From Mobula hypostoma (Eukaryota), in NCBI RefSeq assembly GCF_963921235.1, contig NC_086097.1:143904001-143968000 (forward strand): DNA of 64,000 nt, in the 5' to 3' direction. A program made the translations under genes and the position numbers. Below are positions 37,583-50,954 of this stretch, in pieces. The notes beneath the pieces were generated by a model. It had not been told where the DNA came from and ran no database searches. It saw only the letters and a program-made list of their open reading frames with translations. Positions within the stretch are counted from its first letter, which is position 1. Each line of letters starts with the position of its first letter.

Positions 37583-37618
37583 AGTCCTGATGAAGAGTCT
37601 CGGCCTGAAACGTCGACT
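37583..37618 (+). ncRNA. Minimal type I hammerhead ribozyme (intact core, one stem II change)
   Basis: AGUC-CUGAUGA-AGAGUCUCGGCCU-GAAAC-GUC-GACU. Confidence 0.75.
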
Positions 37619-37879
37619 GTACCTCTTCCTAGAGATGCTGCCTGGCCTGCTGCATTCACCAGCAACTTTGATGTGTGTTGCTTGAATTTCCAGCATCTGC
37701 AGAATTCCTGGTGTTTGCATGGACCATTGAACTTGGGCTAAATTACAGTGTCTTTGGTCTGATTTATACTCATCTCCTTAGCTACTGTTGGCATTGCAGA
37801 ATTATGAGATTACTTCTGTATTCTGACTTCCAACACGCAGCTTTCAGATGTTTTTCAGTCCCAAGTGGTAATGCATTGC

Positions 37880-38195
37880 AACAGTGGTATACAGGGAACT
37901 TTAAAATCTATAATTTATCTGATTGGGGATGTTTGATGGGCTGTACAAAAGGAGCTTTATTTTGTGCGTTATCCAGGCTGCATCCATCCCTGATGAAATT
38001 CTGAAGTGGGAAGAGTTTTATTCTGTATCTAACCACTGAAATATTTAAGAGGGCAGTATAGAGGGGCCTTTATCCTACACAAATCCTATACTGTAGTTAT
38101 TCTTGGATTATTTTTTATAATTCAACATAGAGGAAGCTTTATTCCCTTATCTATAATGCTGTTTTTGCTTTGGGAATGTTTGACAAGAACTGTAC
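37880..38195 (+). repeat. Degenerate ~65-bp tandem repeat remnant
   Basis: Recurring ggagctttatt..tatct and gggaatgtttga motifs. Confidence 0.5.
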
Positions 38196-38329
38196 TTGCA
38201 GTATAGTCTATCCAATATATACTGTTTTTCATTGGCATTCCCAGACTTAGGTCAAGAATTATTTAGCTCCACTCTTGTGTTGTGGCTTTTATGCCAGATA
38301 TAGTCTTCAAATACCCCATTCAATTATCA

Positions 38330-38730
38330 ACTAGAAAGTGTGCTGGTGCAGTAAAGCTGACAGTGAATTTTATCATGAATGTCTGCTCTCACCAAAAGGT
38401 GGCTTCCTAGATTTGGGAAGTGGTTCAAATTTTCCATGGTTTTGCTGTGAACCTTGGTTGTTATACAGCAATGTAGCAGAGTAGGAATAGGTCCAGTGGA
38501 AGACCCTTGCTCATGTTTGATGTGTGGCCTACCCACCCCTGAGCTTCACTAAACAAATTAAAATTTGCTTGGAGCTCCACATTTGCACATGCCAAGCAGC
38601 AGCGTTGTGTGCCTTCTGCAGCTTGCTTACTGAAGTCTGGGTGTCGGAGTGTGGTCACCAGGAGTTCAATAGATTCTCAGTCATTCTGAAGATTAGCCCC
38701 ATTTCCACAGGAAGATTGTTGGAGGTGAAT
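38330..38730 (-). mobile_element. Old RTE-clade LINE fragment
   Basis: ENLNHFPNLGSHLLVRADIHDKIH resembles the RTE RT C-terminal region. Confidence 0.65.
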
Positions 38731-38740
38731 GGTTATGTTT

Positions 38741-40420
38741 TGTAACAACAAAACATACAAGCTAATTGAAAGGCAAACCAGGGAACTAGGAGATAATTTA
38801 TGCACATTAAGTTTTACTTTAAATTGGACTGGGAGAGGAAACTGGAGCACCCAGAGGCTAGACTTGTGACTGTGAAACAATCCCAGGTTCTGGGGCTTTC
38901 CTCTGTAGTGGTTGTAGGAGTTGACTCTGGGACTGCAGGAAGTGGTTCTGACAGCTCTGACCACCTTTCTTCTCTAACAATTGACTCTGCTCTCCTAAAC
39001 TGATCGATGTGTCATCTTCCAATGATATCAGACACAATCTTCACGGTGTAGGAGAGTGGTCCAGTTCTGTCCTTATTCTTTCTGAGAATCCACTTTTGAT
39101 CAAATCTGTAGTCCCTCACCAGGACTGCTTGTTCAGGAGTGAAACATCGAACCTCTTTGTTTGGGGAGCCTTTAATTTGTCACAATTCTTCGTCCTGCAT
39201 AGTTCTTCTGAGATTGGATTTGAGGAGGTCCAAGTGTAAACAAATGCAGGGGAAAGCCCAGGAAAAGCTTAGCTGGTGAGTTGCTTGTTGTGGAGTGTGC
39301 TGCATTGCAATATGCCAGGAGGAAATTGGTAAACTTCTGATTCAGTGGCAGTGTAGTGTGTGCTGCTGACATTGCTTGCAGTGCATTCCTTAGAGTCTGA
39401 ACAAACCTTTCTGCTGATGGTGACCTTAAAATCATCGTAGATCCAGACAGACCCATTCTTCTTGCCTACTGGGACACCGGTGTTGTCCATAGGCTCCACT
39501 CAATCTCAGAAAGAATTCCATCGGCCTGCATGCGATCGAGCTCACTGGCTACTTAATCATGGATATTATAATGAACTGGAAGAGCTTTGCAAAACTTGGG
39601 TGCGGCATTTTCATTTAACATTATTTTATCCTTGATATGTTTGAGTTTTCCATTGCCATCCTTGAACGCTACTGTGGCATCATCCAGTACCGTTCTTAAT
39701 TCGCTTTCAGTTGGCTTTATTTCCAGGGACGTGGCACGCAAATGGTGGATGGATCTCCAATCAGGCTGTAGTCGTCTCAGCCAATCACAGCCCCACAATG
39801 CAGGCCTTCTGTTTTTATCACATGCACACCCAATGTGGCTGTTGATTATTGTATGTCATTGTTACAAATACCATTCCCACAGGAGTTACCTTTTCTCCAG
39901 TATACGTTCTTAGTCGGATATCTGCAGGCTTCAGTTCAGTATCTTTGAAATGCTGTTCACACTCATTTTGTGGAATGGAAACAGCTGAGCCAGTGTCCAA
40001 TTCCATTTTAATTAATTTGCTGTTCACTTCTGGTGTAAGCCATATTGTTAGTCTCCTGTTAGTTTTCACATTGTACGTTAATCTCAAGGCCACCCCGTCC
40101 TGTGTCACTGTCATCATTATCAGATTTTTCATTAGCAGCTTGCAGATTAGTGCTCTTTTTGAAACTGCAAGTTGACTTTCTACCTTTATCTCTTCCTTGG
40201 GCAGTCCATTTATTTTTTGTCTGCCCGATATTGTATATGAACTAGACTATGGCACTTCCTGTAAGCTTCATTCACCTTTAAATCTGTTTTGGTCTGGTGT
40301 ATGTGAGCCGGTGCCAAATGGTAACACAGTTTGTTTGGCTAGGCCAGTTTCTGCTTAGATGCTGTAATTTTCTTCACTGAAATTAGCTCCTTTGTAGACC
40401 TATTGGTTCATATCATGCCT
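38741..40420 (-). mobile_element. Internally deleted Gypsy LTR retrotransposon remnant
   Basis: Protease MELDTGSAVS, GCDWL, RT start VPVGKKNGSV..DFKVTI joined directly to integrase end AERFVQT..FLLAY..HSTT; possible LTR end TGTTACA at 38741. Confidence 0.88.
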
Positions 40421-43400
40421 TATGCTGTCAGAAATAGAGACAAGTGCCTGTAGACAACCAAGCTTGAGGGGGTTTTTGCAGTAGCTCCCAGGAGTCTAAA
40501 GAAAGCCTTGCACAGAGGCTGGAGCAGCTCCCAGAACTTCTTCTGGAGTGGTGGGGTGGCACTGGCCAGGCCTCCTGTGCCTGTGAGTGGGCAGGACCCA
40601 CACTCCGACAGGACGCCGTTGTGATGAGATTGTGCTTCCCTTCAGCCGGTGTGTTCACAGGAAACCATTGAACAACTGCTGTGCATACATCATTGCTGAC
40701 TTTCGGCCCCGAGCCACAGGAGGCAAATGTCAGCGGCAGTTTGGAGGTCGGAAGCTGTTCCGTCTGTATCGCCGACTCAGTACCCAGTCCACTAATGGAG
40801 CAGGAATATCCTGAGCTGATGGCCAGATGCTCAGTATACTTGTAGATGTAGCTGGTCCCTTGGCTTTATGCCAAGGATGTTTGGCATTCGTAATACAACC
40901 TAGACGTGGTATGGCCGGTAATGATAGAAAGTTAAGTGGTGAAAAGTTCTTACCTTTATTTTTATACTAACTTCTTAAATTCAGTTCTAACATTTAAAGG
41001 CTAGCAGCCGCTGCCTAAGGCCAGCTCATCCCTTGTGGCCTGCTCCACTTTGTGGGATGGCCACAGGGGAGAGGCACCCAGGACAAACAGACTGTGCCCA
41101 GGGCACGGCGGATGGTTGGGGGCACAGGGAAGAGGCAGGCTGCAGACAGGATCGAAAGTGATCTTGTCCCAGTGGCACTTCCAGCTGAATACTTACCATA
41201 CTTTCCTCTTCTAAAAGTATCTAATCATGCTGTTCTTTTTGTAATCTTTAACTTCTATTATTTCAGGAATCATTTACCACTGGAGATCAATGTCAGCAAT
41301 CCAATCCAGTGCCATATGCGCGGCAAGAAACGCACAGTTGGGGTGGAGAGGAGGATTGAGCAACCAGAGCCAGACTTCAAGAAAAATCCCAAAGGCTTCA
41401 CATTGTACTGTTCGGAGATATGACAAGTACACAGTTGTGGATTCAGTGGTTAAAAACACAGGCTGTTGTTTATTTTTATTTTTAAGATTTGCTTTTTTAA
41501 TAAAATAAATTCTATTCTCTCTCTATTCGCTCATTCTTGGATTGAAAAAGCTGCCCAGAATGGAGCAATGTGATTGAAAAGCACTTTCCTACATCCCACC
41601 CTCACCCAGCATCGCTAACAGCAAGGCTTTGCCATCTGTGGGATCTTGCTGTGCACTGAATGACGACTACATTTTCTGCTTTACACCAATAACTATTGTA
41701 CTTCAAGTAACTTGGGGTTTTTTTTGTGGCCGAGAAACACAGTAAATGAATGGAGGGGTTTTTTTTTGCCTCATTGTCAATACTTCATATTTCACAGAAG
41801 GTCCATCAAATCAACGGCATCTCTCAGAGCAACACTAACTCACCCCATCCCCTCATTTCCTTGAAACCTATTCTCACACGCATACCACGCTGATCCTCCC
41901 ACCAGGACTAAAATTAGTTTACAGTGCTAATTCACCTACCAACCAGTTCTGCAAGGACCCCAAAACATCTGGGGAAGTCCCACCTAGGCATTTGGGGAAG
42001 CTCCACACAGAAAGCGTAAGATATCAGAATGGAAGCTGGGCCGCCGGAGTGGTGAGGCCGCAGGACAGAGTGATGAGCCAGCACACTGGGAAATCTGACA
42101 GTAGCCATCAGTTCAATGAGCAGCACCCTCCTCAGTAGATCCTGCTATTGACTAATTAGATGACAGCCACAGTTCTAGCCAAGTGTAAGATAACTAACAT
42201 GATACCACCTTACGGGGAAAAGGTGATTCTTAATTTCCGTTCAATGTTGGCTTGCACTGAGCAGAACTGCAAACACTACGGCAGGAATATTCAACAATTT
42301 AAAGGTAAAAGTTCGAAGTAAGTTTATTATCAAAGTATCTACATGTCAACTAGCACAACTCTGAGATTCACTTTCTTGCAGGCATTCACAGGAGAATAAA
42401 GATATACGATAGGCTCAATGAAAAACTACACACAAATGAAGACTGACAGACACTTGATGATTTTAGGTGCTCATGTCCACTGATGGATCAATAATCATTA
42501 ACGTTAAATTAAACTCCTTCTCCTCCTGCCTTGCAGCTCTTACTGCAGTACATACAAACGGGTGAGTGAATCCTTTACTTACACATCAGAAGAAGAGTAC
42601 AGGTCCTCTACAAGTTACCACAGAATTCTGTTCTCGAGAACTTTTGTCACCTAAACTGGTCACAAGTCAGAAATGCAGCCAGGAACTGAGTTCAAACACA
42701 GCAGAAACTGCCTACAAAGGCAATTAAAGGGAGCCTCATAATCCCATGGGAGTAGATAGTCTGAAGAAGCATTTCAAATCTCATTTTGCCATTATTCATT
42801 ATTAAGCTCATATGAATTTAGCCCAAGCCTTTCATGGCCAAATAACACTCTTTTAAAAAGATTTAACTGCAGATGAGGCTTTAACTGCTTTTGACGGTTT
42901 TAAAAATGACACTGCCACTGCTCCCAAATAGAACTTGCAAAATGGACATCAACACCTATGTATAATGCACTCTGCTGGGTTTAATACAGCCCAATGTTCA
43001 TAAGCTGTGGAAGATCTGTATCCAAAATTCAATAGCACCTGCCGTAACAGTTACAGATCTAAGAGAAGAAAATGCCTTAAACCCTCAGTGGATCAGATAG
43101 CATCTATCAAGAGAGAATCATTCAACCTTTCTGGATGATGTGATATCGTTAACTCAGGTCACTCTGGGATGAGATTCTGATAACCTTGCCGAATTGGGTT
43201 GGATTGAAACTGATACAACCAGTATCAAAATCGTTTCATGAAACACAAAGCATTCTGAAACACCCAATTCCATGTTTCACAGATCTGAGGCAGCTAACAG
43301 GATTTATGGTAGATATTAGGATGCAGCTCTTTTATTCTGACTTTCCCAGCAGGACTTGCATTTATTTCTCATCCCAGATCCAATCAAGAATGTACCTGTA

Positions 43401-43629
43401 CAGATCGCTGAACCCCTGGTGGGGAGGCTACCTTCACAGAGCAATCAGTTACATGATTTTGATCCCTCCATCAGAACAAAATACTGATTCATTTTAAGTC
43501 AGTGCCTAATTGAGCAACTTGTGGGCAACATTCAAGTAATGGTGATTGGTTGTCTTGGTTCCTCACGATGACTGAGGACACAGGTTTGGGAGCGGCTGTC
43601 AAAGGGACACTTAGTAATGGACAATTGGG

Positions 43630-44050
43630 TGTGTTATTGTCACATGTACCATGATACAGTGTAAACCTATATTGCATGCCATTGATACAGGTCATTTCAC
43701 CACATTAGCATATCAAGGTAGTACAAAGGAAAAGCAATCACAGAATACCGAACATCATGTACAGACACAGAGGAAGTGCAGGCATACAATTAGTGCAGAG
43801 CCATGATAAATTGTGAGGTCAAGAGTCCATCCTATTGTCCAAGAGGTCAGTTTGATAGTCTAATAGCAGAGGCAAAAAAACCTGTCCTTGAGCCTTCAGA
43901 CTTTTGTATCCTCTTCCCCAGTGGGAGGTGGGAGAAATGGGAATGTCTAGGATGGGTGGGCTCTTTGGTTATGTTGGTTGCTTTACCAAGGTTCTTGCAG
44001 TGCATTGTGCAGATTATACATACTGCAAGCATAGTGTACAGGTGGTGGTA
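43630..44050 (-). mobile_element. Old Rex/Babar-like 3' fragment
   Basis: KATNITKEPTHPRH..LPLGKR..FFASAIRL. Confidence 0.65.
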
Positions 44051-44109
44051 GTTAACTTTCCTTTGTAGGAAAAGAGTAGACTTTGAACTGATTTGAGGAG
44101 CTTCAACCA

Positions 44110-46535
44110 ATAAGACCATAGGACAGTAAAGCAGAATGAGGCCATTCGGCCCATCAACACTGATACACTATTTCATCATGGCTACTCCATTTTCCCTCTC
44201 AAACCCATTCTCCTACCTTCTCCCCGTAACCTTTCATGCCTTGACTAATCACAAACCTATTAACCTCTGCTTTAAATACATCAAATGACCTGGCCACCAC
44301 AGCCATCTGTGGCAATGAATTCCACAAATCCACCAACCCCTAGCTAAATAAATTTCTGTTCTAAATGAACATCCGTCTAATCTGAGGATGTGCCCTTTGG
44401 TACTAGACACCCCCACTATAGGAAACATAATTTCTACTGAGCCCTTTCAACATTCAGTAGGTTTCAATGAGATACCCTCCCCCCCCCAACGATTCTTCTA
44501 AATTCTACAAGTAAAGGCACAAAGCCATCAAATGCTCCTCATGCAATAATCATTTAATCCCCAGAATCATTCTTGTGAAACTCCTCTGAAACTTCTCCAA
44601 TGTCAGGACATCCTTTCTTAAATAAGGTGCCCAAAACTTCTCATAATATTCCAAGTGAGGCCTCATCAATGCCTCATAAAACCTCGGCATTACATTGTTT
44701 CTTTTATATTCTAATTCTCTCAAAATGAATGCTAACATTGCCTTGCCTTCACTTCTACTGACTCAAACTGCAAGTTAAACTTTAAAGAATCCTACACAAG
44801 GACTACTAATTCCCTTTGCATTTGGATTTCTGAATTTTTTTCCCCATTTAGAAAATAGTCTATGCTCTTATTCCTTTTACCACAAGTGCATGACCATACA
44901 CTTCCCAGCACTGTACTCTATCTGCCACTTCTTTGTCTATTCTTTGAATCTGTCTAAGTATTTCTGCAGCCTACCTGCCACTCCATGTATCTTTGGGATG
45001 TATCTATTCTGTGCCTTCTGATTGCCCACCCCCACCCGCCCCCCCGCCCGAAACTCCAGCCATTGATTTTCTGCCATCATCCTGCTATTTTCCCTTTCAG
45101 TCATCTTTGGCCAGCTCCTCTCCCATGCCTCTGCAATTCCCTTTACATCTGACTTCTCCCTCTGAAATTTCCGGGTGAATCTTATCATATCATGGTCACT
45201 GCCGCCTGAGTGTTCCTTTACCTTAAGCTCCCTAATCATCACTGTCTCCTGAGTGTTCTTTTACCTTAAGCTCCCTAATCAAATCCAGTTCATTATACAA
45301 CACTCAATTCTGAAAAGCCTTTCCCCTTGTGGACTCAACCACAAACTGTTCGAAAAAGCCATCTCATAGGAATTCCACAAATTCTCTCTCTTGACATCCA
45401 GTACCAATCTGATTTTTCCAGTCTACCTGCATATTGAAATCCTATGACTATTGTACCATAGGGCTTTGACATGCCTTTTCTATCTCCCATTGTAATTTGT
45501 AGCCCACATCCTGGCTACTGTCCCGAAGCCTGTATCTAACTCCCATCACGGTTTGTTTACCCTTACAGTTTCTTAACTTACTCCTTCCGATCCTATGTCA
45601 CTTCTTTCTAAGGACTTGATTTCATTTTTTACCCATAGAACCATGGCACCTTCTCTGCCTGCCTGCCTTTATTTTTTGCTACAATGTGTATACTTGGTTG
45701 TTAAGCTTCCAACTATAATCTTCTTCAAGCCATGACTCAGTGATGCCCATTATGTCATAACTGCCAATATTTAACTGCACTACAAGATCATCTACCCTAT
45801 TCCACATACTGCGTGCTTTGAAATATATGCACCTTCAATCCTGTATCCATCACCCTTTTGGATTTTGTCACCATGTTACACTGCAACTCATCTCACTGAC
45901 TGTAATTTTGCCCTGTCATCTGCCTGTCCTGCCTGACAACTTCACTACACATTGCATCTGCAGCCACATCACCCCAGTTCCCAACTCTGTCAAATTAATT
46001 TAAACCCTCCCTACCCACAAGGACATTGGTCCCTCCAATGTTCAGGTGTAACTCATCCATTTTGTACAGAACATACTTCGGCCAGAAGAGATCCCAATGA
46101 TCCAGAAATCTGAAGTCCTGCCCCCTGCACCAGTTCCTCAGCCACACATCTGTCTGCCAACTTATCCTATTCTTAGCTTCACTGGCACCTAGCAGTGGCA
46201 GCAATCCATAGATTACTATTTACTTTTCAACTTTTTACCTAACTGACTAAATTCTCTCTTCAGGACCTCCTCCCTTTTCCTACCTATGTAATTTGGTGCC
46301 AGTATGTACCAAGACCACCAGATGCTCACCATCCCCCTTCAGAAAGTCATGGACCCAATCTGAAATGTCACTGACCTTGGCACTTGGGAGGCAACATACC
46401 ACCTGGGTATCTCTTTCACATCCACAGAACCTCGTGTCCACTCCCCTAACTATGGTATCCCCTATCACTACTACACTCCTCTTCCCCCTTCTTCCCTTCT
46501 GAGCCACAGCACCAAACTCAGTGCCAGGGACCCGG
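44110..46535 (-). mobile_element. Decayed, internally deleted CR1 (ORF1 esterase to 3' tail)
   Basis: VIGDTIVRG, FLDHWD..LHLN..GLN*, GSDHDM, RPHLEY; (taagacca) tail. Confidence 0.9.
45196..45281. repeat. 43-bp direct tandem duplication
   Basis: tcactg..taccttaagctccctaatca occurs twice. Confidence 0.85.
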
Positions 46536-46671
46536 TAGGAAGGGAGATGAGAAAAATGCCTCTATGAAATACTAGGGAACGTCAGGTAAAAATGGGCAAA
46601 CAAAGGAGAAGTCAGAGACACAAATTTATCAGTGGAAAGCTTAAACAAGTAAAAACTCTTGGCATTTCTTG

Positions 46672-47557
46672 GGTGGCATAGTGACAAAGCTAGTCAAACG
46701 TCTGGCTCACAGATCCAGTAATCCACGTTCAAAGCTGACCTCCAGGTTCATAGTTCATAGTTCAAAGCACATTTATTATCAAGGTATGTATACTATATAC
46801 AACCTTGAGTTTCATCTCCTGACAGGCAGCCACAAAACAAAGAAATCCATAGAACCCATTAAAGAAAGAAGCCTGACAGACACTCAATGTGTGGAAAAGA
46901 AAACAAATTGTGTGAACAATAAAAGTAAGCAAATAACATTCAGAACTGAAGTTCACAAAAGTGAGTCCACAGCCACAAAGCCAGTTTCAGCTAATCCAGG
47001 AGCCTGTTAGTTGCAGACCACAGCCTCAGTTCAGTGCAGAGATTAATAAGTGAGCCTCACACTGGCCTGTCTATCTCATCTGGTCCCGACACCCTAACCT
47101 TTTTAATCTGGCCCAGAGCTCAAATCGGCCAAACAGCAGGTCGTTCCTCAATCTCGGACCTGGCCTTGCTACTTCGATACACTCTTGGGCCTGGGACCTG
47201 CTGCCTCGCTCTGGCTAATACCCAACCTTTCTGATCTGCCCCAGCGCTTAAATCAGTCAGACATCGGCCTGTCCTCGCTTTCGGGCCTGGGTGCTGTCAG
47301 TGTGGAGTTTGCAAGCTCTCCATGTCACCAGAGAAGTTTTCCCTGAGCGTTCTAGTCTTCTTCCTCATCTCACAGACATGCTGGTTGGTTAGCAAAGTGG
47401 CAACTGTGAATCACTCCCAGAGTGGGAGGAGGATGTGATGAGAGGACATGGAAACATTAATGGAATATGGGGAGGATAAAATGGGATTAGTGCAGGACTA
47501 CTATATGATAATCAGTATGGAAGTGGTGTTTTGAAGAGTTGTTGTATGACTCTGTGA
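46672..47557 (+). mobile_element. tRNA-derived (HE1-like) SINE split by a minus-strand non-autonomous insert (~46746-47290)
   Basis: A/B-box-like head 46672-46745, SINE core resumes at ~47295, CR1-like tail; related remnants at ~26280-26575, ~33700-33980, ~41800-42090 and ~58790-58940. Confidence 0.5.
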
Positions 47558-48328
47558 CCTTGAACTCAGAAGAAATAGCTTCAAGGGACAATAAAGCCAG
47601 ATGGTTAGCTTCCTTGCCCAAAGAGAATAGTGTGAAGAAAAGATTAATATCTGAAATCCAGCTCCAGATTCAGACTCTATTTCTGTTTGCTGTGAAGCAT
47701 ATAGAAATGACCAATGATGTAGTGAGAACACAATGAAAGATTATGGGACCCTAAACTGATAATAGCTGAGATCCTATAGGAGTCATGGGCCAGTGCTGAG
47801 TATTACATTTACACCAGGAGAGGTTGCAAGGTCTGTACTTGCATCAGTAAAATCACAGTACAAAGAGCCGACCAGCCAGTAGATGTTAAACTCTTTTCAA
47901 AACTACTTTTCTCAGAATTGCTTGAGGTCACAAAATGTCCCCATTTCTCTACACCCTTGGCCACTGCAGAACTGTTTCCTCCAAGTTCTCTCCGACCTCT
48001 CCTTGCACTGGCATTTATTGGTTGACTCCCTGAGCAAAGAAGTGTTTGTTGATATAGAAAATAGTTAAAGCAGTCTAAGAGTCAACCATGGTGGGATTTA
48101 GTTTCCATCATGTTTACACCATAAGTTCCTGTGCCTATAATGCCTATTGTGCTCTCATTTTTAAAGAGAATTAAAGTTTTAAATATGTGTGTCGTCAAAT
48201 GCTTTATCAGACAGGACACCTCTGTGCTTGGAACAGGGAACCATAATATATAGATCCTATTATGGGCACGTACCATATACTGTATATACAGTATATATTA
48301 TATATCTGCATATACTGTATAATGTATA

Positions 48329-49134
48329 TAGTGGCCATTGGTTAATCAGGGCAGCTGCTAATTTGAGAATACTCTTAAAAAACAAACTAGTAAGAGAAAA
48401 TAGCTGGACACTGTTTCTTTATTCAGGACACTATACCACTTAATTGGGGCAGGAGACTGTTGCTGAACAGTCTCTAACTGGCATCAGTCACCACACCTGT
48501 GTGGCCATTAGACACTACACCGTGCTAGAGCAATCAGATTTTAAATAGCGTCAGTTGCTTGGGCTTTTGTTATGTTATCCATTTGGGCCGACAGGTGCTG
48601 ATTCAGAGAGCAGTGATTTTTGATAATTTTGTTTTTAATGTTGACTTTAAAAAACTTCAGACCCTTGCCAAGATGCCACAAACAGATTTGAGACTATTCG
48701 AAAAACTTACCCTACCAGACCAAATTAAAGGCTATCCACTAAGACCACTCATCGTCAACTGGCAAGGGAAATTTATTGTTGGATTATGGCATGACTTCAT
48801 GCAGCAAGGCAATGAAGGCGGTCCATTATCTGCAGTGATTTTGCTCATTTACAGGCAATCAAAGGAACTTGGCAGTGTACAGAGGATGAATTCCTCTGTT
48901 TATAATGATTAGGAACTAATGTAGTTGTATAGTACTGTGTAGCAGTATTGGTAGTGTTCTACTTTGTTCTGTATTTCACTTGAATATATAATTTGTTACT
49001 TAGTTAAATGGTCATTTGTCTTTTTATTCACTCTTTAAACTATTTCCATGAAACTTCAGCTAATTGGGAGGGCTGCTTTATTGGGCCAAAAATACACTAG
49101 TCTCAGTCTGTCCCAATTAACAGGTCTAACCCTG
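48329..49134 (+). mobile_element. Non-autonomous pogo/Tigger-like DNA transposon
   Basis: Degenerate TIRs (AGTGG..GGTTAAT / CCCAATTAAC..CTG), subterminal TAATTGGG repeats, HTH-like remnant KLTL..HRQLA. Confidence 0.55.
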
Positions 49135-49139
49135 GTTCC

Positions 49140-49870
49140 AATGGCCCTGAGTGGATGCAGACCTTGGATACCACCACTACCACCTCTGGTTCCTATAACC
49201 CCAGTCGCCTTCAGACTGCAAAATGCGTAGCTCCCAGCTCCGACTCCAGCTTGGATCTCGGGAGCCAGCACCTCCAGGCTGAGACTTCCCTCGCTGTTGC
49301 TGGGCCCACAGGCTCCCTTTTCCCCACTACCACTCTCCAACCCTGGGTCTCTCAGGCAACCCCATCACCCCTTGGGTCCTCGGAGCCTCCATCTTCCTCA
49401 CACTCCACCTTCCCTAAACACCCTAACCCAGAGTTTCCCAACCTTTTTAACCATCAGGTTCGAGGCATGAATATCGATTTCTCAAACTTTCTGTAATGCC
49501 CCATCACCCCCCCCCCACTTTACCATTCCACATCTCCCTTTCCCTCTCTCACCTCATATCCTTGCCCACCCATCACCTCCCTCTGGTGCTCCTCCCCCCT
49601 TTTTCTTTCTTTCATGATCTTCTGTCCTCTCCTACTAGATTCCCCCTTCTCCAGCCCTGTTCTCTTTCACCAATCAACTTCCCAAATTCACCCCGCCCAC
49701 TCCTGGTTTCACCTAGCACCTTGAGCTTCTCCCTTTCCTCCCTCCCCCCACCTTTTACATCAACTCCTCATCTTTTTTTTACAGTCCTGATGATGGGTCT
49801 CGGTCCAAAACTTTGACTGTACGCTTTTCCATTGATGCTGCCTAGCCTGCCGAGTTCCTCCAGCATTTTT
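49140..49870 (+). mobile_element. Internally deleted Penelope fragment with pLTR
   Basis: GMNIDFSNF* C-terminus; degenerate hammerhead at ~49783-49818. Confidence 0.75.
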
Positions 49871-50954
49871 TGTTCAGCATTATCTCCTTGTTTTTATATT
49901 CTATTCCCCTTGAAATAAATGCCAACATTGCATTTGCCTTCACAGACTCCAACTGTAAATTAACCTTCTGGTAGTCTTGCACGAGGACTCCTAAGCCCAC
50001 TTGCCCTTCTGATGTTTGAATTTCCTCTCCATTTAGATAATAGTCTGCACTATTGTTCCTTTTATGAAAATTAATTATCAGAATTAATTATCATACATTT
50101 CCCAACACTTCATTCCATCTGCCATATTTCTGCCCATTCTTCCTCAGCACTACCTACCCCTCCACCCATCTTTGTATCATCTGCAAACTTTTCCACAAAG
50201 CCATCAATTCCACCATCTAAATCAATGTGAAAAGTAGCAGTCCCAATACTGACCCCTAAGGAACACCACTAGTTCCTGGCAACCAACCAGAAAAGGCCCC
50301 CTTTATTCCCACTCACTGCTTCTTGCCGGTCAGCTATTCCTCTATCCATGCTAGTACCTTTCTGTAACACCATAGGATTTTACCTTGTTAAGCAGCCTCA
50401 TGTGAGGCGCTTTATCAAATACCTTCTGAAAATCCAAATAAATAACATCCACTGCCTCTCTTTTGTCCACCCTGCTTGCTACTTCCTCGAAGAACTCTAA
50501 CAGATATGTCAGGCAAGATTTCCCTTCACAGAAACCATGTGACTTTGACTTACTTAATCATTAGTCTCCAAATAAACCAAAACCTCATCCTTAATAATAG
50601 ACTCCAACACTTTCCCAACCACTGAAGTTTGGCTAACTGCCCTATAATTTCCCTTCTTTTGCCTTCCTTATTTCTTAAAGAGTGGAGTGACATTTGCAAT
50701 TTTCCAGTCTTCCCAGTCGATGCCAGAATCAAATAATTCTTGAAAGATCATGACCAATGCATCCATTATCTCTTCAGCAACCTCTTCAGGACTCTGGGAT
50801 GTAAGGTGGCGTATCCACCTTAAGACTTTTCACTTTGCCCTGTACATTTTCCGTTGTTGTAGCAATGGCACTCATGGTCCTCTGTCATACAGCTAATATC
50901 TTGCACAGTAAAGACTTCTGTGGGACATGCCTATCTTATGCCTTGTGAACAACT

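Larger units (their letters stand above)
34959..37716 (+). mobile_element. Penelope-like element (Neptune-type), 5'-truncated, with inverted upstream pLTR
   Basis: Inverted repeat 34957-35443 vs 37178-37667; TSD gcatggaccattgaa at 34944-34958 and 37717-37731. Confidence 0.93.

Noticed and set aside
46672..46745. tRNA gene
   Set aside because: Degenerate SINE head; no complete cloverleaf
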